Shown here: positions 26,253 through 35,083 of the stretch, piece after piece
Layout of the letters: the number at the start of each line of letters is the position of its first letter
How positions within the stretch are numbered: the first letter of the stretch is position 1
Assembly (NCBI GenBank): GCA_045595785.1
Contig: JAZOBE010000034.1
Coordinates: 5,067 to 69,066 of the forward strand
Direction of reading: 5' to 3'
DNA: 64,000 nt
DNA from: Eubacteriales bacterium
GTDB lineage: Bacteria; Bacillota; Clostridia; Oscillospirales; CAG-382
The notes under the pieces: generated by a model
Databases searched by the model: none
Told to the model about the DNA's origin: nothing
What the model saw: only the letters and a program-made list of their open reading frames with translations
Position numbers and translations under genes: made by a program

Positions 26253-28427
26253 ATGAAAAAAATACTTGCAAAATCTCTCCTCTTTTGTGTCTGCTTTATG
26301 CTTATCGGTATGTTTGTGGTTTCCGAATTCGCTTTAACTGCCGATGCTCGCGTTCCTTACACGACCTATACTTATGATATCGAAGCTTTCATGCAGGAAA
26401 GCCCTCACGTTTACGTGCCCCATGTTCAGATTACTTCTGCCAGCATCAAGAAGTCTCTTCTTGATCCCAGCAACCCTGCTTCTGCAAAGTATAATCACGA
26501 TGAGTTCGTAGATCTGTCCTCTCCTAAGGATGTGTTTGTTGATGATCTGGAGTATGTATATATTGCTGATACCGGCAATAGCCGTATCCTTGTTCTTGAC
26601 GAACAGTACAGACTCCATCTCATAATCAAAGAATTTGTTAACGATCAGGGCGTACCCGATTCTCTCGCTTCTCCTGAAGGCGTATTCGCTACCGAGACTG
26701 AGATCTACGTAGCTGATACTGAGAAATCTCGTATCGTTATATTCGATAAGCTGGGTAACTTCCTGGATATCGTTCATGAACCTGTATCAGAGGTTATGCC
26801 TGAGAACTCCGTATATAAGCCTTCTGCAGTTGCAGTTGACTCTGCCGGACGTATCTATGTTGTTGGTAAAGCTACCAACTACGGTATTATTTCTCTTAAC
26901 CGTGACGGTTCCTTTAACGGATTCGTTGGTGCTATTACTCAGCAGGCAAACGCTTGGCAGTTGTTCTGGAGAAAGATCCAGAGCGCTCAGCAGAGAGAGT
27001 CCAGCGAAGCAATCGTTTCCATTGAGTACAACAATGTTACTATCGATGCTGACGGATTCCTTTACGCTACACAGAACGCAGATACCACTCAGGTTCCTGT
27101 TAAAAAGCTTAATCCTAAGGGAAGTGACGTTCTTAACAGAAACGGTTTCCAGCCTCCCTCCGGTGAAGCTCGTGTAACTTCTACTAACAGTACAGACTAT
27201 ACCATTAGCGGCGCTTCTTCTATTGTTGACGTTGCTCTTGGTGAGGCAAACACTTGGTCTATAATCGACCAGAAGCGTAGCCGTGTGTTTACTTATGATA
27301 GTGACGGTAACCTTCTGTTTGCTTTTGGTGATATGGGTGATCAGTTCGGTAATATCCAGCGTCTTTCCGCTATGGATTACCAGGGTTCATTCATGCTTCT
27401 CCTTGACGAGAGCACCAGCAATATCACTGTTTTTAAGCGTACCGAATATGGTGATCTGCTTATTTCCGCTGTACAGTCTATTGAAGATGGTGACTATTCT
27501 GCATCCGTTGAATATTACACCGCAGTTCTTCAGAGAAATAACAACTTTGACCAGGCTTATATCGCAATCGGTGATGCTAAGTACCGTGAAGGTGACTATG
27601 TAACAGCAATGCAGTATTACAAATACGCATATGACCAGGCAAGCTATTCCGAGGCTTATCGTATTTACCGTAAAGACTGGATGGAGACCAACCTTTGGAT
27701 CGTTGCTCTCGTTCTGGTAGTTGTTCTCGTTGCTGTTCTCCTCTTCTTCAAGTGGGTCAACAAGGTTAATAAGCGTGGTATTAAGTATTCCGAAAAACGT
27801 AAGTGGTACGAAGAAGTTTGCTATGGCTTCCACGTTATTTTCCACCCGTTTGACGGTTTCTGGGATCTTAAGCATGAAAAACGCGGATCCGTTCGCGGTG
27901 CGACTATCATCCTTATTCTTACCATTCTCACCTTTGTATACCAGTCTATTGGTAGAGGTTTCCTTTACAATATGTACGAAGGTACCGGCGTTAACTACGT
28001 AATGCAGATTTCTTCTATTCTGCTTCCCGTAGCACTTTGGACCATCTCTAACTGGTGTCTTACCACCTTGTTTGATGGCGAAGGCAGCCTTACTGACGTT
28101 TATATCACAACCTGTTATTCTTTGCTTCCCGTAGTTATGTTGGTTCTTCCTACCGTTATGGTATCTAACTTCGTAACTCTCAGCGAGCAGGGAATACTCA
28201 CCATGATCGAGACCATCGCTTGGGGATGGACAGCGCTTCTGTTGTTCTTCGGTATGATGGTTATTCACGATTACGGTCTTTTCAAGAATATTATCATTAC
28301 TTTTGCAACCATCATCTTTATGATGTTTGTAATGTTCGTAGCTATTCTGTTCACCAGCTTGATCGGTAGAGTATTTACCTTCTTCTACAACATCTACACC
28401 GAGCTGTCCTACAGATGGTCACTATAA
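26253..28427 (+). CDS. NHL-repeat beta-propeller / TPR / Yip1-like polytopic membrane fusion protein
   Basis: 724 aa. Signal/anchor peptide. NHL-type blades (VYIADTGNSRILVLD, IYVADTEKSRIVIFD, GRIYVVGKA). TPR-like YYTAVLQRNNNFDQAYIAIGDAKYREGDYVTAMQYYKYAY. Then about 6 TM helices in the last ~245 aa. Confidence 0.65.
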   Translation: MKKILAKSLLFCVCFMLIGMFVVSEFALTADARVPYTTYTYDIEAFMQESPHVYVPHVQITSASIKKSLLDPSNPASAKYNHDEFVDLSSPKDVFVDDLEYVYIADTGNSRILVLDEQYRLHLIIKEFVNDQGVPDSLASPEGVFATETEIYVADTEKSRIVIFDKLGNFLDIVHEPVSEVMPENSVYKPSAVAVDSAGRIYVVGKATNYGIISLNRDGSFNGFVGAITQQANAWQLFWRKIQSAQQRESSEAIVSIEYNNVTIDADGFLYATQNADTTQVPVKKLNPKGSDVLNRNGFQPPSGEARVTSTNSTDYTISGASSIVDVALGEANTWSIIDQKRSRVFTYDSDGNLLFAFGDMGDQFGNIQRLSAMDYQGSFMLLLDESTSNITVFKRTEYGDLLISAVQSIEDGDYSASVEYYTAVLQRNNNFDQAYIAIGDAKYREGDYVTAMQYYKYAYDQASYSEAYRIYRKDWMETNLWIVALVLVVVLVAVLLFFKWVNKVNKRGIKYSEKRKWYEEVCYGFHVIFHPFDGFWDLKHEKRGSVRGATIILILTILTFVYQSIGRGFLYNMYEGTGVNYVMQISSILLPVALWTISNWCLTTLFDGEGSLTDVYITTCYSLLPVVMLVLPTVMVSNFVTLSEQGILTMIETIAWGWTALLLFFGMMVIHDYGLFKNIIITFATIIFMMFVMFVAILFTSLIGRVFTFFYNIYTELSYRWSL

Positions 28428-28442
28428 GAAAGGAGTAGCAAT

Positions 28443-31337
28443 ATGAGTAAATATTTTAAATCAATTCTGGCATTAGCACTCTGCCTGCTGCTCTGTCTGC
28501 CTGTTCTTTCTTCAATGTCTGGCATCCTCGCTTTTGCTGCTGAGGATGCTTCCGAGGAAGAGAGTGCTGACGAAAACATTTGGGATACTAAGGGACCTGC
28601 ATATATGTCCGTTAGCTTCTCCAGTGTTAAGTCTCGTATTTTAGGTAACACTTCTTTGGATGCGCTTGAGCTTTATCTTGAGCCTACCGCTGCTATTCCT
28701 TACGCAATGTATGTGGATAAGCTGACCGGTGAAGTTATTGTTCTTCGCTGTAAAGCGCCTAACGCTGACGGTAAGTTTGAAACCAGTGCAGATGGTGTTT
28801 ACCTTTATCAGTCTTACTGGTGCTCCAATCCTTACAACGCAGGTGCAAGTACCAGCCCTTCCAAGTCTGCTTCTACAGACTCTATAAAGCGTCAGCTTTA
28901 TTCTCAGATAATTATTAAGTATGTTGATAAGAGTTCCAGCAATACCGAAAATGAAATGAACTCTTACAAGGATTCTGCAGTTAACAATCAGATTACTGTT
29001 AAAAAGATCGCTAATGGTATTCGTGTTGAATACAAGCTTGGTCGTGCAGAGAACACATATATGGTTCCTCGTGTTATTAAGCTTGAGAAATTCGAAGCGC
29101 TCCTTGCTCAGATCGTAGCTAACTGTACTGAAACTAGACCTGCAAAACGTTTTGAATCCTTTTATACTATCAAGAATATTCACGATGAGTCTATTTCTGA
29201 TAAGAGTAAAGAAGAATATTTAAAGAAGTATCCTATATGCGAGAAGTTCCCCATCGCTGTATGTGAGCCCGCTATTTCTGTTCAGGAGCTTAAGACTCTT
29301 GAAGGCTGGCTTAAGATGTACACCGATTACTCTCTTGAGCAGTTGGAAATCGACCATGACGAAGTTGAATATGTAAACACAGACGAAGCACCCGCACAGT
29401 TCAAGCTTGCTCTTGAGTATAAGCTTGATGCTAACGGTCTGTCTATTCGTTGTAACATGGGCAACGTTCGTTTTGACGCTTCTACTTATTCTCTTAAGAA
29501 CATTATGGTTCTTCCTTACGCCGGTACCGGTAACGTTGTTTCTAACGAGGGCTTTGTATTTACTGCAGATGGCTCCGGTAGCATTATCAACTTTTCTGAT
29601 ATAATCGGTACTCAGTTTAAGAATACCCATAAGATCTATGGTCAGGACTACGCTTATCAGGAAATCAGCGGTTCCAACAAGCAGGCAATGAGATTCCCTG
29701 TTTTCGGCATCGTTGAAACCAAGAACAGCTCCTACACTGAAAAGATCACTTCTACTGAATATGATGAAGACGGAAATGAGGTAGAGGTAGTTACTACCAA
29801 GTACCTTAAGAACGGTTATTTCGCAATAATCGAAGAGGGCGAATCTTTGGTTAACCTCACCATTGATAACGGTGGTGCAACCCACATGTTCGTTTCTTGC
29901 TATGGTACTATTAACCCTCGTCCTTCTGATAACATCAAACTTGATGCAGGTCTTTCTGCAGGTGCCGCTTCTTCTTGGAGCGTTGAGTGTGACCGTAAAT
30001 ACACTAAGGATTATAAATTAAGAGTATTCCTTCTTAACGATGAGGAATCTACAGTTTCCGGTATGGCAAATCTTTACCGTAAGTATCTTGACGATAAGGA
30101 TATCCTGTCTGCCGAAACCGTACCTACTGTTGAAGATATTCCTTTGTATATCGAAACTCTTTGTGCACTTGAGACCAGCACTACCTTCCTCGGTGTTCCC
30201 GTACTTGAAATGATGTCTATGTCCAGCTTTGACAAGATCATCGAAATGCTGGAACTCCTTGGTGACGAAGCTGATATCTCCAATGTTAAGCTCAGACTTA
30301 TGGGTTGGCAGGACGGCGGTATTGGTTATACTGTTCCTAACGGCGTAAACGTTGAAGACGTTATCGGCGGCGAAGAGGGACTTAAGAAACTCCTTGAGTA
30401 CGCTAAGTCCAGCGGTGCTACCGTATATCCCGATTTCGACTTTGTTTATGCTCATCACGATAAGTGGTTCGATGGCTTCTCTCAGTCCAAAGACCTTGCA
30501 AAGACTATTAATGACCGTTTCGCAAGACATCAGTTCTACAGCGCGCTGTACCAGGGTTATTCCAGATCCGGTATGGGTATCATTTCTGCCAGCGTGATGG
30601 ATAAGTTCTATACCAACTGCTGGAAAGAATATGAAGAATTTGGTATTGGTAGTATCTCTATCGGTACTCTCGGCGAGTCTCTTTCTTCTGACTTTGATGA
30701 AGACGAACCTTTTAACCGCGAAGATAACAAGATTATCATTACTAAGTTGCTTTCCAAGATCAAGGGTGACAACGGTAAGGTAATGGTAAGCGGCGGTAAC
30801 GCATATACTCTTCCTTACGTTAGTGATATCGTTAATATCGCACTTGACGACTCCGGTTACAAGTATTCCGCAACCAGCGTACCTTTTGTTGGAATGGTAC
30901 TCCACGGTTACGTTGAATATGCAGGCGAGCCTATCAACCTTGCAGGTGACTATCGTTACACCGTACTTAAGACTATTGAAAACGGCGCTAACCCTTACTT
31001 CGTTCTTGCAATTGAGAACACTTCCGAACTTAAGAAGTATAACACTTGGTACGAAGTTTCTGGTTACTATTCTGTTCGTTACAATATCTGGCTTAACGAT
31101 ATGGTTACCACTTACAGAGAACTTAACGAAGCTCTTGCGGACGTTAAGACTTCCAACATCATCAATCATGAGTTCCTTGATGACGAATATAAAGTTGTTA
31201 AGGTAACCTACAGCAATGGTATTTCTTACATCATCAACTACAACCTTACTGCTGTAACCGTTGAGGTTGACGGTACGGAATACACTGTCGGCGGCGAAGA
31301 TTTTATAAAGCTCGATGCTGACGGCAAGAAAATTTAA
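28443..31337 (+). CDS. large secreted protein of unknown function (possibly a DUF5696-type, TIM-barrel-like C-terminal half)
   Basis: 964 aa. Signal peptide ALALCLLLCLPVLSSMSGILAFAAED. Alternating beta/alpha pattern in aa ~600-900 (VKLRLMGWQDGG..ATVYPDFDF..GSISIGTLGE..KVMVSGGNAY..VPFVGMVLHGYVEY). No catalytic signature that I can name. Confidence 0.55.
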   Translation: MSKYFKSILALALCLLLCLPVLSSMSGILAFAAEDASEEESADENIWDTKGPAYMSVSFSSVKSRILGNTSLDALELYLEPTAAIPYAMYVDKLTGEVIVLRCKAPNADGKFETSADGVYLYQSYWCSNPYNAGASTSPSKSASTDSIKRQLYSQIIIKYVDKSSSNTENEMNSYKDSAVNNQITVKKIANGIRVEYKLGRAENTYMVPRVIKLEKFEALLAQIVANCTETRPAKRFESFYTIKNIHDESISDKSKEEYLKKYPICEKFPIAVCEPAISVQELKTLEGWLKMYTDYSLEQLEIDHDEVEYVNTDEAPAQFKLALEYKLDANGLSIRCNMGNVRFDASTYSLKNIMVLPYAGTGNVVSNEGFVFTADGSGSIINFSDIIGTQFKNTHKIYGQDYAYQEISGSNKQAMRFPVFGIVETKNSSYTEKITSTEYDEDGNEVEVVTTKYLKNGYFAIIEEGESLVNLTIDNGGATHMFVSCYGTINPRPSDNIKLDAGLSAGAASSWSVECDRKYTKDYKLRVFLLNDEESTVSGMANLYRKYLDDKDILSAETVPTVEDIPLYIETLCALETSTTFLGVPVLEMMSMSSFDKIIEMLELLGDEADISNVKLRLMGWQDGGIGYTVPNGVNVEDVIGGEEGLKKLLEYAKSSGATVYPDFDFVYAHHDKWFDGFSQSKDLAKTINDRFARHQFYSALYQGYSRSGMGIISASVMDKFYTNCWKEYEEFGIGSISIGTLGESLSSDFDEDEPFNREDNKIIITKLLSKIKGDNGKVMVSGGNAYTLPYVSDIVNIALDDSGYKYSATSVPFVGMVLHGYVEYAGEPINLAGDYRYTVLKTIENGANPYFVLAIENTSELKKYNTWYEVSGYYSVRYNIWLNDMVTTYRELNEALADVKTSNIINHEFLDDEYKVVKVTYSNGISYIINYNLTAVTVEVDGTEYTVGGEDFIKLDADGKKI

Positions 31338-31351
31338 GAGGAGGGAATAAA

Positions 31352-32371
31352 ATGGATAAGGCACTTAAAAAAGACCAGGTTCTTACCAACGATACCACAG
31401 CGGTAGACGTGCAGTCTTTGAAGGTCAAAAAGAAGAAGAAAAAAGCCAAGTCTCTTGAAAAGCAGAAGTCTATCTTCGGTTGGCTGTTCATTCTTCCGTT
31501 CCTTCTCGGTTTTGTTCTCATCTACTTGCCGATGATAATTTCTTCTCTCCAGATCTCTTTCAGCTCTATTGAGTACGAAAAAGTAGGTCAGGTTCTGAAG
31601 TGGGTTGGCATTGACAACTACTCTTCTGCGCTTGGTGATTCTTCTAATTTCGTCCAGACACTCGTTGAGTGTCTGGGTGGAATGGCGTTCGATATTCCCG
31701 CAATCATCATATTCTCTCTGTTTATGGCAATTTTGCTTAACCAGGATATGAAGGGAAGAGCGGCATTCCGTGCAATCTTCTTCGTTCCCGTTATCGTTTC
31801 TACCGGTATTATTGAAGCGATTGACCTTAGCAACCAGCTGGCACAGTTGGGTGAAAACGTTACTCAGCTTGGTCAGGACGGTGTTGATGGCACTGTCAGC
31901 GCCGGTGTAGAGATTATTAACGCTATTGATGTTGAGCGCTTCTTCGGTAACATGAAGATCGGTGCTGAGCTTGCAGGCATCGTTAGTGGATGGGCAAACA
32001 ACGTTTATAACATCGTAAACCGTTCCGGTGTTCAGATGCTTATATTCCTTGCGGCGCTTCAGTCTATTTCTCCTTCCATTTACGAATCTTGCCGTGTTGA
32101 GGGCGCTACTGCTTGGGAGACCTTCTGGAAGATTACCTTCCCGATGATCAGCCCCATGATCCTTGTTAACCTTGTTTATACGGTAATTGACTCTTTTACT
32201 ACCAAGTCCAACGTAATGATGTCATTCATTGCAGGCGAGCTTACTAAGCCTAACGGAAAGCCTGCTGGTACTGCAATGGCTTGGATGTACTTCCTCATAG
32301 TTATCGTTATTCTGGCAGCATTGTCAGGCATAGCCTCGATGTTTGTATTCTATCAGCGTCGAGAGAAATAG
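31352..32371 (+). CDS. ABC transporter permease (MalF-type), second pair
   Basis: 339 aa. Lys-rich N-terminal tail (KVKKKKKKAKSLEKQK). EAA loop YESCRVEGATAWETFWKITFP. Confidence 0.85.
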   Translation: MDKALKKDQVLTNDTTAVDVQSLKVKKKKKKAKSLEKQKSIFGWLFILPFLLGFVLIYLPMIISSLQISFSSIEYEKVGQVLKWVGIDNYSSALGDSSNFVQTLVECLGGMAFDIPAIIIFSLFMAILLNQDMKGRAAFRAIFFVPVIVSTGIIEAIDLSNQLAQLGENVTQLGQDGVDGTVSAGVEIINAIDVERFFGNMKIGAELAGIVSGWANNVYNIVNRSGVQMLIFLAALQSISPSIYESCRVEGATAWETFWKITFPMISPMILVNLVYTVIDSFTTKSNVMMSFIAGELTKPNGKPAGTAMAWMYFLIVIVILAALSGIASMFVFYQRREK

Positions 32372-32381
32372 GAGGTGCGGT

Positions 32382-33587
32382 ATGAGCTTTATCGAAAAAA
32401 TTAAAGGACTTTTCTCTCGCAAACCTAAGTTTGAAAAGGTTGCAACCGGTAACGCAAAAATTGATACCGAAACCACGTTTTGGGAGCGCGTTAAGGCTAA
32501 GTACATCAATCTGTACTTCCTTAAGAAAGTTGCTTGGATGATCTTCAGATTAGTACTTCTTGTAGGTATTTCTTACGTTATTATCTACCCGTACTTCTCT
32601 AAGGTTACCACCTCTCTTATGGCTCCTGAAGACTTTGTTGATACCACAGTAGTTATGATCCCTCGTAACTGGACTTTGGATACATACAAGGCTATTATTA
32701 ACGATAATAAGTATTTCACTGCTATGTTTAATACTGCACTGCTTTCTTTGCTTTGCGGTGTTATCCAGACTTTGATCTGCTCCATCGTTGGCTACGGCTT
32801 TGCAAAGTTCAAATTCAAGTTTAAGGGTATCCTCTTCCTGTTGGTTATCTTTACCATGGTCGTTCCTCATGAGACCATTCGTCAGGCACTTATCTTGCGA
32901 TTCAGGTATTTCGATTTATTTGGTTATATCCCGCAGATAAATAGCTGGCTGTTCAATTTCTTTGAGGGAACCGGTATGGAAGGCTTGAAGGAATCACTTA
33001 TTTCTTTTGCTGATTCTGCTTGGCTGAAAGGCTTTATCAAGTATTCCAAGGAAGTAACTGATGGCACAGGATTTATGGAAGTTTATTCCAAGGTTGTTGA
33101 TAAGTTGATTCCCAACCTTTTGAATACTTACTGGCCTATGGCTGTTCTGTCTCTCACCGGTCTTGCATTTAAGAACGGTTTGTACATCTTTATGATGCGT
33201 CAGTATTATAACGGTGTCCCCGATGAGCTTGAAGAAGCAGCATACGTTGACGGCGCAGGCGTAATTAAGACCTTTGTTCGTATCATTCTTCCTATGTCTT
33301 TGACAATGATGGTAACAATATTTATGTTCTCCTTCTCTTGGCAGTGGATGGATACGTTCTATACCGAGGTATTTATGCCCGGCGGAACCAGCGGAAACGT
33401 TCTGCTCAGCCATATTTACTCAACCATTCCTACTTCTTTGGATACAGACTATGCAGGTCAGGCGGCTTATACAACCGCTATCAGAAACGCATCCGGTATT
33501 CTTATACTGATCCCGCTTCTTATCATGTACCTCTTCGGTCAGCGTACCCTTATCGAAGGCGTTGAGCGTTCCGGTATTACCGGCTAA
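32382..33587 (+). CDS. ABC transporter permease (MalG-type) with a ~90-aa insertion, second pair
   Basis: ~401 aa from the ATG at 32382, which is preceded by AGGAGG (the track ORF starts at an upstream TTG). EAA loop LEEAAYVDGAGVIKTFVRIILP. An extra segment RYFDLFGYIPQINSWLFNFFEGTGMEGLKESL...KLIPNLLNTYWP is not expected in ~280-aa MalG-type permeases. Confidence 0.8.
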   Translation: MSFIEKIKGLFSRKPKFEKVATGNAKIDTETTFWERVKAKYINLYFLKKVAWMIFRLVLLVGISYVIIYPYFSKVTTSLMAPEDFVDTTVVMIPRNWTLDTYKAIINDNKYFTAMFNTALLSLLCGVIQTLICSIVGYGFAKFKFKFKGILFLLVIFTMVVPHETIRQALILRFRYFDLFGYIPQINSWLFNFFEGTGMEGLKESLISFADSAWLKGFIKYSKEVTDGTGFMEVYSKVVDKLIPNLLNTYWPMAVLSLTGLAFKNGLYIFMMRQYYNGVPDELEEAAYVDGAGVIKTFVRIILPMSLTMMVTIFMFSFSWQWMDTFYTEVFMPGGTSGNVLLSHIYSTIPTSLDTDYAGQAAYTTAIRNASGILILIPLLIMYLFGQRTLIEGVERSGITG

Positions 33588-33596
33588 TAAAAGTAT

Positions 33597-33628
33597 TAAA
33601 AGAGTTGCCGAGTTCGGCAACTCTTTTT
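33597..33628 (+). terminator. rho-independent terminator ending the seven-gene operon
   Basis: aaaagagttgccg-agtt-cggcaactctttt plus T: a 13-bp stem with a U-tract. Confidence 0.85.
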
Positions 33629-33714
33629 GATTATGTAAGTATTTCTTTTTATTGCAATATAATGCGTGTTGTGATAGAATATTATAAAGTTGAGTGCTGG
33701 TCAGAGGTGAAAAA

Positions 33715-34572
33715 ATGAGTAAATTATATTTTACGAATATACGTGAAATATCCGCATTGTATTATGCCTTGCATTGTAATGGATATGAATATTCTGTTTA
33801 CGAACGCGATACATCTCTTATCAATCGGCTCGAATCTTTTCGCAGTCAAGAAAAATCAACTTTTTTTGGTTTTGTAAAACAAACGTATTGTGAAACATAT
33901 CCATATTGGCCGCGTGCTTCAATGCTTGAAAACGCTTCTTTGTTTTTGAATAAGGAAATAAGTTCTTTTAATAATTTCGAAAAACTAAAAAAGAAAATAA
34001 TGTCTGCATCCAATATTGATGCTGAACAGAAAAACGATGAGTTTTGGGATTGGTTAGCTCAATATCCTAACGCCTTGGCGAAAATTATTAATAGTGAAGA
34101 ATTTGGTACGTATTTCGCTTGGGAAAGTAATTGGATCGCCAAACAAAACGAGGCTTATGAAAATGAGATCCAAGCCGTTCTAACTGCGCTGGAGTTTTGC
34201 ACTAATAATTACGGCGATCATATTAAAAGCATAAAACTAATACTTAACCCAATAAAATGTGTCTATTCTGCAGATTACTATTTGTATGATGACATTTTTG
34301 TTTTCTGTTCCGGCGGTTTTAAAGCTGAAAGTGTAATTCATGAGTTTTTGCATGTATATGTTCACTCGTTTATGGAGATGTTCGATTTTGATAACCACAC
34401 TTGCAAATTTCCGGGAATCGATGGTTCGTATTACCTTAATGGTGACGAATCCGGTATTAAAAATGCGTTTGAAGAATATATTGTGAGAAAACTTACTGAC
34501 GCTTTTGTAAATTATGAGCCTCCTTATGATATAAACAGCTTTATTTCAAACATTTATAACGACTTATTGTGA
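33715..34572 (+). CDS. hypothetical protein with an HExxH motif (possible zinc-dependent hydrolase)
   Basis: ~285 aa from the ATG at 33715, after AGAGGTGA. The only recognisable element is VIHEFLHVYVH (HExxH). The gene looks A/T-rich by eye. Confidence 0.5.
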   Translation: MSKLYFTNIREISALYYALHCNGYEYSVYERDTSLINRLESFRSQEKSTFFGFVKQTYCETYPYWPRASMLENASLFLNKEISSFNNFEKLKKKIMSASNIDAEQKNDEFWDWLAQYPNALAKIINSEEFGTYFAWESNWIAKQNEAYENEIQAVLTALEFCTNNYGDHIKSIKLILNPIKCVYSADYYLYDDIFVFCSGGFKAESVIHEFLHVYVHSFMEMFDFDNHTCKFPGIDGSYYLNGDESGIKNAFEEYIVRKLTDAFVNYEPPYDINSFISNIYNDLL

Positions 34573-34579
34573 GGTTTTT

Positions 34580-35014
34580 ATGGATTTTTCTATTAGAATG
34601 GCAGAAACAAAAGATAGCAAAGCCATATGTATTCTTAATACTGAAGAACTTGGCTATAACTATCCCATTGATAATACAGCAATAAATTTGTCTGACATTA
34701 TTAATGACAGCAAACAATGTGTCTATGTAGCTGAATTCGATAATACGGTTATCGGATATATCCACGCTACTGTGTACCAATTGATATATTTGCCAAAATT
34801 AGTGAATATATTAGGTCTTTCTGTTGCCGAAGAGTATCATCACCGTGGAGTAGGTTCTGCGCTTCTTAACGCAATCGAGAAATGGGCGCATAACATCGGA
34901 GCACAAGGTATAAGATTAAACTCTGGAGAAGAAAGAACCGATGCACATTTGTTCTATAAAAAGTGCGGATATGAGCTTTCAAAAAAACAATTCAGTTTTA
35001 AGAAAACATTATAA
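34580..35014 (+). CDS. GNAT family N-acetyltransferase
   Basis: 144 aa. Acetyl-CoA binding motif HHRGVGSALLNAIEKWA (Q/RxxGxG/A) and a C-terminal FYKKCGY. Confidence 0.85.
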   Translation: MDFSIRMAETKDSKAICILNTEELGYNYPIDNTAINLSDIINDSKQCVYVAEFDNTVIGYIHATVYQLIYLPKLVNILGLSVAEEYHHRGVGSALLNAIEKWAHNIGAQGIRLNSGEERTDAHLFYKKCGYELSKKQFSFKKTL

Positions 35015-35038
35015 TATTTAATTGGGTGTCAATCAACA

Positions 35039-35077
35039 TAAAAAAAGCACTTGCGTTATCTGCAAGTGCTTTTTTTA
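35039..35077. terminator. bidirectional rho-independent terminator between convergent genes
   Basis: A-run, then gcacttgc-gttatct-gcaagtgc, then T7. Confidence 0.8.
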
Positions 35078-35083
35078 TGTTGA

